Shown here piece after piece: positions 50,721 through 60,696 of a stretch of 64,000 nt of DNA (its first letter is position 1; each line of letters begins with the position of its first letter). The position numbers and the translations under genes are program-made. The DNA comes from Candidatus Poribacteria bacterium (GTDB lineage Bacteria; Poribacteria; WGA-4E; WGA-3G): positions 4,896,001 to 4,960,000 of the forward strand of contig OZ243938.1 in NCBI GenBank assembly GCA_965214095.1, read 5' to 3'. The notes below the pieces were generated by a model. The model had not been told where the DNA came from, did no database searches, and saw only the letters and a program-made list of their open reading frames with translations.

Positions 50721-51672
50721 ATTCTCTCTTGTTGCAGATGCAACCATTGATGCCAAGTCCTTTCTCGCAAGAACAATGGTGCACGGCGATAGTCTCGGTA
50801 GAATTGACAATCAAAAATCAGAAACACTATCCGAAGACATTGCTGCACTGGCACACAAACTCATAACCATGAAGGTTGATGACCTATCAGACACATCCAA
50901 ACTTCGCACACAGATTCAAACTTCCTTCGCATTAACTAGCCTCGGTTTAGAATATGGCAGCAAAGGAAACTTAGACAAAGCAGTGAACGTGCTACTCGCA
51001 AATCCTATCGTCAAGTTCTTTCAAATCGGGAATACACTTACGGATAAGTTAATTGAGAAATCCAGGCACCTACTTGAAAATGCATTGATTCAGTCTCCCG
51101 AAGAACTTGAACATCTGGATATTGATAGCATCCGAATCTACAACTTCGCAGAAGCAGAATTCCTTAATGCAGTACACTCTTATTCAACTACTATTTCATC
51201 AGCACAAATCACAATTAAAGAATCACATGAACCAAGATCCTTCAATACATTATCTGATTTAGAGAAAATCAGACAACAACTTGACTACATTGAAGCACGA
51301 TGGACCTATGTGCAAACGTTATCTCATGACGAGATATTCGCTGTTGACCCGCCATTCAGTATTGAAATTGACCCTATACAAAAGTTAACGCTCAATTTAA
51401 TGGCAAATCTGACGCTGTTTTTCCAACCCGAATTTCAGATTGAATCTGACACACTTCAAGATTTTAAAGACATCATATATGATGACAATATTGAAGAAAT
51501 CCGAACGGCACCAAGACAACGATTGCTTGATTGGATACAAGACTATCTCGAACAGTCCAACCGATCTGACAATGAAATAAGGTACGCTGTTAATTATTGG
51601 GACACTTGCCTAAAAACACTGATTAATCCTGAATCCGATATTAATGAAGGGGTTTCTAACCCCGATTTCTGA
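50707..51672 (+). CDS. Hypothetical protein resembling the DUF6178 C-terminal part
   Basis: SLGLE...A...L...FFQIG motif; overlaps the upstream gene. Confidence 0.65.
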   Translation: MSTSKFSLVADATIDAKSFLARTMVHGDSLGRIDNQKSETLSEDIAALAHKLITMKVDDLSDTSKLRTQIQTSFALTSLGLEYGSKGNLDKAVNVLLANPIVKFFQIGNTLTDKLIEKSRHLLENALIQSPEELEHLDIDSIRIYNFAEAEFLNAVHSYSTTISSAQITIKESHEPRSFNTLSDLEKIRQQLDYIEARWTYVQTLSHDEIFAVDPPFSIEIDPIQKLTLNLMANLTLFFQPEFQIESDTLQDFKDIIYDDNIEEIRTAPRQRLLDWIQDYLEQSNRSDNEIRYAVNYWDTCLKTLINPESDINEGVSNPDF

Positions 51673-51747
51673 CGCACAAAACTAATATCGGGTTGCAAAC
51701 CCTACAAAAAGCGTAAATCACAACATTTAAAGTCGCTACACAATCAC

Positions 51748-51777
51748 TTGACATTACACTACACAATTATATATAAT
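51748..51777 (+). promoter_or_regulatory. Putative sigma70 promoter giving a likely leaderless mRNA
   Basis: TTGACA-18 bp-TATAAT with 6 nt between the -10 box and ATG 51784; no RBS. Confidence 0.5.
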
Positions 51778-51783
51778 TCCAAT

Positions 51784-52743
51784 ATGGCACAAAATTACGA
51801 TAACATGGCAAAATCAATATTATCAGATTTTGCAACCGAGATCTCACAGTTTGTACTAAGTAATGATGATGTTGAAGTAGTAGAAAATTTAGATACTGAA
51901 CATCAATTCATTATAGGACAACGGACAGATAGCACAAAACGCATCCGCATTAACAACCGCGAAGTCATACTGCACATTGAACTACAACTTCGCGATAGTA
52001 CACCTGAACCTATGTGGGCACGAAATGCAGCATATCATGGATTTCTTTTCAGTAAATATAAAATACCTGTCTATTCCAACGTCATCTATTTTTATCCCAC
52101 TGCGGGACGGAATGATCCTGGATTTTGCCAATATAGTTCAGATGGCTACGAATACACATTACGATACAAAGTGATACGACTGATTGAAATAGATGGACAA
52201 AAAGTATTGGAGATGCAAAACCCTGGTCTGTTGCCGTTCACACCACTAATGAAACCCCCTGCGGGAATGGAAATAGATCAGTGGGTACAAGAATGTGTCG
52301 ATGCTGTATCTTCTGCATCGGTTGATCAGCACACACAAGCAGATTTGTTCTGTGCATTATCTCTGTTCGGTGGTATCGTCCATGACGCATTACTTTTTAG
52401 ACAAAGAATAAGGAAGGCATTCATGCAAGAATCAAAATTCTATCAATTGCTACGCGACGAATTCATAGCTGAAGGTAAGACACAAGGTCTTGAACAAGGT
52501 CTTGAACAAGGTCTTGAACAAGGTCTTGAACAAGGTAAGAGAGATACGTTACTAAATAATATTCTTACCATCCTTAAGTCTAACTTCCCGACGGATGCTG
52601 TCAATGAACTAATTCCAATGCTACATCGTATTACTGATTTACAGCAACTTGAACAGTTCTTTAATGCCGCTTTACAGGTTCAAAGTCTTGATGCATTCAA
52701 ATTAATGCTTGTTGAACAGATTGATCAGACTGAATCATACTGA
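51784..52743 (+). CDS. Rpn family recombination-promoting nuclease/putative transposase
   Basis: YDNMAK, RTD...ILHIELQ PD-(D/E)xK-like core, LLPFTPL, GLEQ repeats. Confidence 0.85.
   Translation: MAQNYDNMAKSILSDFATEISQFVLSNDDVEVVENLDTEHQFIIGQRTDSTKRIRINNREVILHIELQLRDSTPEPMWARNAAYHGFLFSKYKIPVYSNVIYFYPTAGRNDPGFCQYSSDGYEYTLRYKVIRLIEIDGQKVLEMQNPGLLPFTPLMKPPAGMEIDQWVQECVDAVSSASVDQHTQADLFCALSLFGGIVHDALLFRQRIRKAFMQESKFYQLLRDEFIAEGKTQGLEQGLEQGLEQGLEQGKRDTLLNNILTILKSNFPTDAVNELIPMLHRITDLQQLEQFFNAALQVQSLDAFKLMLVEQIDQTESY
52483..52536 (+). repeat. 12-bp coding tandem repeat (CAAGGTCTTGAA) x4.5
   Basis: Exact repeats encoding QGLE. Confidence 0.95.
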
Positions 52744-52840
52744 CGTTTCAAGTGTAGTTTCTTATGTTGGTTCCACCTATTATATTCAAATTATATTCAA
52801 AACTAAAAAGGACTCTTTAATGATAGGGGCAATATACTGT

Positions 52841-52964
52841 TAAGCAATATCAAATAATAATCTTCCGATTTTTTCGGCAGATGATGCCACCGAGTTCGTA
52901 GGGACGGGGTTTCCCCGCCCGCTATCAATGGACAATGTGCATATTTAATATTGAAACTTGCTTA
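52841..52964. repeat. MITE-like shell with GTAG REP
   Basis: Imperfect IR TAAGCAA...TTGCTTA around GTAGGGACGGGGTTTCCCCGCCC (52898). Confidence 0.55.
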
Positions 52965-52986
52965 GCTGCAGTATAATAAAATAAAC

Positions 52987-53526
52987 ATGAAAATTGAAAC
53001 AGCAACATTTGGAGCAGGTTGTTTTTGGTGTGTAGAAGCAGTCTTTCTTCAATTAGAAGGTGTACATAAGGTTATATCTGGATATACTGGCGGAATGACA
53101 GAGGATCCCGATTACCGGTCTATTTGCACGGGTACAACAGGACATGCTGAAGTCATCCAGATTGAGTTTGACCCGGATGTTATCTCCTTCAAAGACCTAT
53201 TGGATGTATTCTGGCACACACACGACCCAACAACTCTAAACAGACAAGGCAACGACACTGGCACACAGTATCGATCTGCAATCTTTTATCATTCCGATTC
53301 ACAACGAAATATAGCAGAAATATCCAAAGCAGAAACAGACAAATCCAATCTATGGAATGATCCAATTGTAACTGAGATAACACCTATTGACGTTTTCTAT
53401 CCTGCTGAGGATTACCACCAAAACTATTTTGAATTGAATCCAACACAACCGTATTGTCAATTCGTGATTCATCCAAAAATGAAGAAATTCACAAAAGATT
53501 TCCAAGACAAACTCAAATCCAACTAA
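52987..53526 (+). CDS. msrA: Peptide-methionine (S)-S-oxide reductase
   Basis: GCFWC, TGHAEV, HDPT, QYRS, AEDYHQNY. Confidence 0.97.
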   Translation: MKIETATFGAGCFWCVEAVFLQLEGVHKVISGYTGGMTEDPDYRSICTGTTGHAEVIQIEFDPDVISFKDLLDVFWHTHDPTTLNRQGNDTGTQYRSAIFYHSDSQRNIAEISKAETDKSNLWNDPIVTEITPIDVFYPAEDYHQNYFELNPTQPYCQFVIHPKMKKFTKDFQDKLKSN

Positions 53527-53655
53527 ATTTCAAAAGAACAAGATACCCAATAACACAATGACCGTTCATAGACGCGCAATTTATTGTGCGTCTTACATTT
53601 CTTCTCAATAGAGAGAAGCATCTATAGAAATTGAATAAACTAGGAGGTAACTATA

Positions 53656-55245
53656 TTGAAAACGAAGTATATTATTGTCATATTGATGACTACTATCATT
53701 CTCTATGCATCCACAATTAATTTGAATCCACAAGAAACAGAATCGAACATTTCTGTCAAAGTTGAAACACCACGAAAGGTTACCATAGTCTCGGAAAAGA
53801 CTTACAATGGACATCTACAACCACGTGCGGAAGTCAAAGTATATGCAAATATCTCAGGGAAGATCATTAATCTCAATGCAGTTGCCGGGCAAACCGTAGC
53901 AAAAGGAGATGCACTTGCACAGAGCAGCGCACGACAGGCAAGTATAGCAGCGATTAAGGCAGAAGTCGCATTAAGTGTTGCAAAATCGCAACTGACAACA
54001 ACTGAAGCAAACGCACAAACCCGTGTTGAAACGCAGCTTGTGACTGCAAAAGAGTCGGTCGCAGAAGCAGAAGCAAAACTTGAAGAAACGAAATCTCTTG
54101 CTGAAATGCGAATTCGCAACAAATTGGTAGAGGCAGAATCTGCTTTAAAGGTCGCAGAATCTAACTATGAACGTGCAAAAGTCAGTTCAGAGAAAGGATT
54201 GGAGCGCGCCAAAACAGAGTTTACAAAAACGACCTCTGATTATGAACGTGATAAAGAACTTCACACACAAGAACTCATCAGCGATAGTGCCTACGAAGCA
54301 TCTGAAACTCGCTACAAGTTGGGTAAAAGCAGATATGAAGAAGCAGTCGCCGCAGCAGATCAGTTCAAGGATGGTTCTGCCAAACTAACGGTAGACAAAG
54401 CCAAAGCAGAATTGATTGTGGCACAGAAAATTGTTGAGAGCCGTGGATGGGAACGGGAAATCGCTGCAGCGGAATCAAAGGTCACCCAAGCAAAATCAAA
54501 CCTTGTAACCGCACAAAAACTTGTGGAAGCAAAATCATGGGAACGGGAAATCGCAATTGCAAAATCAGCAGTAAGTGAAGCAGAAGAACAATTGAAACTC
54601 GCTCGCGAACATGTTAGTGATGCTATGGTAACATCTCCTATTGACGGTGTAATCGCCAAAAAACACCTTGAAGTAGGTGAATATGCAAAATCCGCTGCCA
54701 CTCCAGGAGAACCGATTTTCACAGTCGTCGCAATGGATATACTAAAAGCAGTTTGGACAGTACCTATAAGCGACATTAACCTAATAAAAAACGGTAATAT
54801 GGTGCTAATTTCAACGCCTTCAGGCATTCAAAATATCATTGCAACAATTGACTACATAAGTCCTACGGCCAAACAGGGAGAGAATACGGTTGTAGTACAT
54901 GCTACATTACCTCAGTCATTACAATTGTTAGCAAAGAACGATTCCACTACGCCAACCCAGAATAGGGCTTTAAAACCAGGTGTGTCAGCTACTATTTCAA
55001 TCAAAACGGGAGAACGCAAAAACGTATCCTTACTACCGCGTCGTTCTGTTATAAACATCCAGAATGGAAAGGGTTACATATTTGTCGTTGAGGAGAATGT
55101 TGCTCGCTCGAAAGAGGTAAATGTTGGGGGTGTATATGGCAGTGAAATTGAAGTAAATACCCGTCTAACACAAGCATCCCAAGTGATAGTGGACAACCAG
55201 CATCTACTGAAGGATGGCACACCAGTTTCTATAATACACGACTGA
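53656..55245 (+). CDS. RND-type periplasmic adaptor (membrane fusion protein) with long coiled coil
   Basis: Lipoyl-like halves ISGKI...VAKGD and SPIDGVI, long helical hairpin, LKPG, LKDG. Confidence 0.85.
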   Translation: MKTKYIIVILMTTIILYASTINLNPQETESNISVKVETPRKVTIVSEKTYNGHLQPRAEVKVYANISGKIINLNAVAGQTVAKGDALAQSSARQASIAAIKAEVALSVAKSQLTTTEANAQTRVETQLVTAKESVAEAEAKLEETKSLAEMRIRNKLVEAESALKVAESNYERAKVSSEKGLERAKTEFTKTTSDYERDKELHTQELISDSAYEASETRYKLGKSRYEEAVAAADQFKDGSAKLTVDKAKAELIVAQKIVESRGWEREIAAAESKVTQAKSNLVTAQKLVEAKSWEREIAIAKSAVSEAEEQLKLAREHVSDAMVTSPIDGVIAKKHLEVGEYAKSAATPGEPIFTVVAMDILKAVWTVPISDINLIKNGNMVLISTPSGIQNIIATIDYISPTAKQGENTVVVHATLPQSLQLLAKNDSTTPTQNRALKPGVSATISIKTGERKNVSLLPRRSVINIQNGKGYIFVVEENVARSKEVNVGGVYGSEIEVNTRLTQASQVIVDNQHLLKDGTPVSIIHD

Positions 55246-55273
55246 AAAAGATAGGGAGATGCATTTGTTGATG

Positions 55274-57312
55274 TTACTCAATATCTTTCCAAGTATTTCG
55301 CTTAACAATAATCCACATTCCAGCTAATGACATCCCATATTCTCTTGAAAGATTATGAAGTGTTTCTCCATCTGCAACTCGTTCATGGATTACTCTGACT
55401 TGTTCTACGTTAACTTTTGCTCCTGATCTCTTTGGACTGGCAACATGTTCTGTTTCGGCACTATCAGTCTCAACAACTTCTGTTTCGTGTTGCGATCCAT
55501 TATTAGTTTTAATTGTATTAAGTTCTCGTTCATGGTTTATATCCTTTTTCTCAACATCTATAATATCAAGTATTTTCTGCCAAAGGTTTTCAACGGAATC
55601 CATACCAAGTTGATAGGAATCACGATTTAATTTCTCTTTTAGTCCTTTGCCTTCGGCGTATATCTTTGAATCCTCCAAATCCTTCTTGTCTTTGTGATTT
55701 AAGAGATTGACTTTTTCCTCTTTTCTCTCAATAAATCCAAGTTCTTCAAAAATAGATAGTCCCGTTTCTATACCAGATTTTTCAAAATCTAATTCATTAT
55801 GCAAAACATTAATATCAATGACACCGTTATATGCTTCAATGAATTCCTTTGTTTCTTTAAACAACTTTCTTAATACATCTTTTTCCAATACTTCTGATTT
55901 AATCTTTCAATGATATTTTGAAAATCTTGTGAACTATCATATATTAAATGGATGTATGTGTCTTTGGATGTGAAAGCAGGTTGGCATCGTCTGCTAAATT
56001 CATCTAAACACAAGACTGGATGGCAAATGATAAAGTGATCAACAGAATGTTGTTCTGGTAATGAAGAAATAATTGCGTCTGAGACGATTGCATATAATTC
56101 CCTATTCTCAAGTCTTGTTAACAACTCCTTTTCTTCATCAGCAGTGATGTGTTTGTTGTGAACTCCAATAATGTCTTCTTTTTCATGTCCCATAAATGTC
56201 ATAAATTGTTTGATTTTTTCACTGTCATGAACATAGATTACAGAAGTTCGTTTGGTTTCAAGCAAGTCTATCAGGTATTTCTTTCTATCTGTGTCTCTGC
56301 GATCAATAATGCGGACATCAGAAGCATTGTTGAGAGGTGGAAAAATTGGATTAACCAATGTTTTGAAACGTTGCTCAACATTACTCTTCTCAATCTTTAC
56401 TTCCAAAAGTTGATTCTCAATGGATGTAAGGTTATCCGTGTATTCTTTGTTTTCAATTTCCGTCTTTTCATACTTCTTTTTAAGTGTCTCATACTGTTCT
56501 TCAATACTATTCTTCTCATTTTCAACCTCCTGGAGTTCAGTCATTTTGTTTTTTAGATTCTTATCAGTCTCAAGCCATGCTTCTTCCGCTGCTTTTAAGT
56601 TATCTTCCGCTGTTCTTAAGTCATCCTTTATATTAATGAGATCTTCATCGATTTTTTCCTTATGAAAAAGTGCTTCTTCCAGTTGATTTTTAACATTCTT
56701 CAATTCTACCTTATCTGTATTATGCCGATCCCTCACTTCCTCCAACTGCTCTTCAGATTTTTCAAATTTCCTTTTATATTCTTTCTTTTTAGTTGTTTCT
56801 ATTTCTAATAGTTCTGTTATATCTGAAATCTGCTTTGCAGAATTTTCTGACAAGAATTGATCCCGTATTTTATCAACTTCACTTATTTTCTCAGATCTTT
56901 TGATAACTCTGAGTATGCAAGATATCAGATACAAATATGTTCGAGTAAACTCAAAGTCTAAATCCTTTGATCCACGGTGTTCACAAATATTCCGTCCATC
57001 TCTAATCAACCAAAAAACACTCTGTACAACTAATTTCCAGTCAAACTTCTGTCCAAAAACATTAGACCAATGTTTTTTAATTATCTGAGGAATATGGTTA
57101 ATATCTATTGCAGATCCAACGTCATCATGGTCTTCTAAACCATCATGAAAATTATCTATTTGGTTGTCTTTTAATGCTTCTTCAATCAGATCTTCTACTT
57201 GTTCACCTTTTACTTGTTTTAAGTTATGGACGATATATGGACGCATAGTATCAAGATAAAGGTCATTTGCCTCTCGAATTGCATCACGACAAGGATATTT
57301 TGGCTCGCTCAT
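55274..57312 (-). pseudogene. Swt1-like HEPN / coiled-coil / helicase-C-like / HTH protein split by a -1 frameshift near 55888
   Basis: ORFs 55870-57312 and 55274-55888 overlap and join smoothly (NQKY|LEKDVLRKLF); RNICEH motif. Could instead be two genes or a sequencing error. Confidence 0.6.
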
Positions 57313-57385
57313 GATTCATCTCCAAAATTTATATATTATGTGTTTCGTTAATCTCCTCTACAATTTGCTTGTAAATAGAATTTAC

Positions 57386-58522
57386 TTATTGCTTGTGTAA
57401 AATAAAAACCTGAATGTTTTCCCATTTTCGTTTTGACCTGTGGGTTGCGACACGTCTTTTGATGATAGAGTGGCATTCAAAACCTGTCTCCTCTATGATG
57501 GATTCAAGATTTGTTATTGCCTTAGGTCCGGACGCATCTGCATATCCTAACAACACGATTCCATCAGGTTTTAAGTAGTTGGGAACTTGTTCAAAAAATC
57601 GTTTCAATGTTTGTTGATTTTCGTCGTGGATTGCAAGTTCTGACCTGCTCCTGACACGTGCAACTACCCACGGTGCATTGAATATTATGACATCAAACTG
57701 AGCAGATGGAAACGTATCAAACAGGTCACCTGCCGACATGACATGTATTTTACCTGCATCTGAAAGGTGATGCTGGATGTTCATTTTTGTTGTAGCAACT
57801 GCTTCCGGTAGTATGTCAGATGCATAGATGTCCGCAGCTTTACCAAACTCTTGATGTGCAAGTAGTGTCAAACAACCACTGCCACAACCGACATCTGCTA
57901 TAGTTGAACTTGACTTTGTTAACTTATCCGAGACGGACTGAATTGCTTCTTGAAAACATTCTACAGTTTCCTGAGAACGCGGTGCCAGCACATTTTCAGA
58001 GGCAACAAGGGATGCATTGAGTGCATGAATAGGATAGGTTTCCACAAGTGCACGCTGGAGACGCTGCACTTTTATGACCGATATCAGAAATGGACAATCT
58101 TCGTTAGCATCTGGTTGCTCACCAAGTAACTCCAAGAGATAAGGTAAGTCCGGTGTGGGATCAATTTGGAGTATACCATCTTTATCTACCCAACACATCA
58201 ACTTCGAAAGGGCATTTTCTCTATTCTGTTTTATGTTATCTCGTTTTTCTCGCGATCTGCGCTTTTCATATCGTTTGTTTCTTGTTTCAGTAGAGAGTTC
58301 ATTCTTGTGCTGTTCAATATAGTCCATCACAGAGATAATTTGTTGCCAATCTCCCTCTACAACAGCAACACCACCCCGTTGTATATGTGTGAAAATACGA
58401 CCTAAGTTCTTTAGTTCTTGATTAGGAAATAACTTAACACCACCTCGTGCGAACACCGCTTCACGAAATTCTGTTGGGATATAAAGTTCACCAATTGGAT
58501 TTATAGAATAAAATGCATTCAT
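57386..58522 (-). CDS. Class I SAM-dependent methyltransferase
   Basis: DVGCGSG, GDLF, FNAPW. Confidence 0.88.
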   Translation of the reverse strand: MNAFYSINPIGELYIPTEFREAVFARGGVKLFPNQELKNLGRIFTHIQRGGVAVVEGDWQQIISVMDYIEQHKNELSTETRNKRYEKRRSREKRDNIKQNRENALSKLMCWVDKDGILQIDPTPDLPYLLELLGEQPDANEDCPFLISVIKVQRLQRALVETYPIHALNASLVASENVLAPRSQETVECFQEAIQSVSDKLTKSSSTIADVGCGSGCLTLLAHQEFGKAADIYASDILPEAVATTKMNIQHHLSDAGKIHVMSAGDLFDTFPSAQFDVIIFNAPWVVARVRSRSELAIHDENQQTLKRFFEQVPNYLKPDGIVLLGYADASGPKAITNLESIIEETGFECHSIIKRRVATHRSKRKWENIQVFILHKQ

Positions 58523-58533
58523 CTAAATATGAT

Positions 58534-59583
58534 TTATTGGATTGCTACGATTTCTCCAGTTCTAACGGATTCTGCTTCTTTGTAACAGAGAAGGAGTGCA
58601 TCTCTGGCACCAACACCAGATAGTGCTGTCGGTTCTTCGTTATTGCTGATTGCATCAACGGCATACTGTATCTCAGCGGTAAAGGCATCAATCGGATCTA
58701 CTTCACCTAAATCCACCTGTTCCACGCTACCATCTTCGGTGATAAGGGTCAACGGCATAGTTGTCGTAGGTTCACCAGCAAGTGTAGAGAAATCAAACAG
58801 GAGCGTTGCTTTCTCAAGGAACATCTCAAATCCGTGCGAAAATGCTCTCCCTTTTTGTGATATTGCTCCTGATGAACAACTGACAGTCAGTTCTTTGTCG
58901 TTGTAGATGTATTGTGTCGTCAAGAAGTCAACGAAATTGCCTCCTGCTATTTTCCCTTGCGAAAACACAGCATCTGGAACACCACAGAGCAATTGGATGA
59001 AATGTGTGTCGTGTATATGTAAGTCAATACCGGGACCACCACTCTTTTCAATGTCGGCTAAATCACGCGACCAACTCGGTTTTGAGATAATCCTCTTGAA
59101 ATGTGCGCCGAGAAGTTCACCGTATTCGCCATTTTCAACAAGTTGTTTTGCATAAGCGTATTCCGCAAAGAATGGGAGCACATGAGCCACCATAAACTCT
59201 TTGTCCGTTTGGTCTGCAAGTGCTACAATTTCATTTGCATCGTCAATGTCAATAGCAATAGGCTTTTCAAGGAGTGTGTGTTTGCCGGCATTTAGTGATG
59301 CCATGCTTACGGACTTATGGAGATGCGTCGGTAGACAGATATCTACAAGATCAATCTCATCGTCTGCAAGGAATTCGTCAATCTGATTGTATGTATTGAT
59401 GTTAGAAAGGTCTTCCATTCCACCACGGGGTCCAAAATTCCCTTGAATACCAGTCCAATCACCTTGTAGTTTTTTCGTGTCACGTGTGCAGATTGCCACC
59501 ACCTCAGCACCAGTTCCGCGTTGAATGCCGTAGTAGTGAATCATCCCCATAAATCCGATCCCGATTATGCCGATTCTTACCAT
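58534..59583 (-). CDS. Gfo/Idh/MocA family oxidoreductase
   Basis: GIIGIGFMG, LEKP, DLHIHD. Confidence 0.9.
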   Translation of the reverse strand: MVRIGIIGIGFMGMIHYYGIQRGTGAEVVAICTRDTKKLQGDWTGIQGNFGPRGGMEDLSNINTYNQIDEFLADDEIDLVDICLPTHLHKSVSMASLNAGKHTLLEKPIAIDIDDANEIVALADQTDKEFMVAHVLPFFAEYAYAKQLVENGEYGELLGAHFKRIISKPSWSRDLADIEKSGGPGIDLHIHDTHFIQLLCGVPDAVFSQGKIAGGNFVDFLTTQYIYNDKELTVSCSSGAISQKGRAFSHGFEMFLEKATLLFDFSTLAGEPTTTMPLTLITEDGSVEQVDLGEVDPIDAFTAEIQYAVDAISNNEEPTALSGVGARDALLLCYKEAESVRTGEIVAIQ

Positions 59584-59672
59584 TTGTTCTATCCTTGTTT
59601 TATAGAAGAAGGCACAGATGACATATCCTATAGGATAGACACCTGTGCCACCCATGTGTTAGAAAGTTGACG

Positions 59673-60389
59673 TTAATAGTTAGTAACTCTTTGTTTAATA
59701 TTCCCCCATGTAGTTGCGGCTTTATTTTTCGCTGAGACAGCAAGAAGATCGCCGCCCATTGCTTGGTTGATTTCATCCTCGCTGAGTGCACGACTCCATA
59801 TTGCTGCATCGTCAATCATACCGTTTACAAAGGTATATTGTGGCCGGTCTTTTGAACATCCGATCCGTAGGTCTTGGTCGTTGGTACCTGTGAAGTTGAA
59901 CTCTTTCGCTTCTTCAACGGAGAGTTCTCCATCAACATAGATCTTCATTGTGTCCCCATCATAAGTTCCAGCGACAAAATGCCACATTTTTACTTCAAGG
60001 TTATGTGGTTTGTTCAACGTTTGACGGTTCTGGTCTGAACCTAAGAACATATTGAAAGTATTACCATCACCAAAAACACCTATACCGTAGGACGTATGTT
60101 CGCCTCCGTTATGGCAGTTTTTATCGAACCACTGAGCATCTTTGTTCCAGACTTCCATCCAGACCCATGCAGCCATAGTGATTTCACCGCTGATTTTTAA
60201 CTTGTCGTCAGCTGGTACATTCACACAATCCGAACCTTCAGCAGTAATTTTGATTGCCTTGCCATTTTTGCCATCAACATCATCAAAAGTTAAGAAGATA
60301 ACAAGATCGTCTTCAATGGCTGCGAAAACTGATCCGACAGCTATTAACGTTATTATCGCTATGAGCGAGAATACTGTTGACCGTAACAT
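59673..60389 (-). CDS. Exported LamG-like jellyroll protein
   Basis: Signal peptide, WHFVAGTYDG, IDDAAIWSRAL, C-terminal TTWGNIK. Confidence 0.85.
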   Translation of the reverse strand: MLRSTVFSLIAIITLIAVGSVFAAIEDDLVIFLTFDDVDGKNGKAIKITAEGSDCVNVPADDKLKISGEITMAAWVWMEVWNKDAQWFDKNCHNGGEHTSYGIGVFGDGNTFNMFLGSDQNRQTLNKPHNLEVKMWHFVAGTYDGDTMKIYVDGELSVEEAKEFNFTGTNDQDLRIGCSKDRPQYTFVNGMIDDAAIWSRALSEDEINQAMGGDLLAVSAKNKAATTWGNIKQRVTNY

Positions 60390-60530
60390 TGGTATAATCC
60401 TCCAATTTTGAATAATTGTGATTCTTAAGCATTTGTCACTTCAAAAGTTGAGACAATTATAATAACTCAACTTTCATATCTCACATTATATCAAATATTG
60501 AGAATTAGTCAAGATTTGTTGGAGGAATAT

Positions 60531-60648
60531 CAGGATTATTTAGTTTTGATAATTTTCAATCGATGAATGTTACTAAGAGTTTATATCGTAGGTTGTTATA
60601 TTGAAATGTGAAAAATATAGCAGAAATACCGAAAATTAAATAACCCTG
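60531..60648. mobile_element. CAGGG-type MITE lacking the REP cargo
   Basis: Near-identical to 3883-4068 but 68 bp shorter. Confidence 0.85.
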
Positions 60649-60667
60649 AAGTAAAGCAATTTTTCCC

Positions 60668-60696
60668 TTGACATCACTAATTTAATAGGATATAAT
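60668..60696 (+). promoter_or_regulatory. Consensus sigma70 promoter
   Basis: Perfect TTGACA-17 bp-TATAAT upstream of the DUF1501 cluster. Confidence 0.75.

Noticed and set aside
52987-53526. Selenocysteine in MsrA or in the redoxin at 17348-17968
   Set aside because: Their catalytic residues use ordinary Cys codons.
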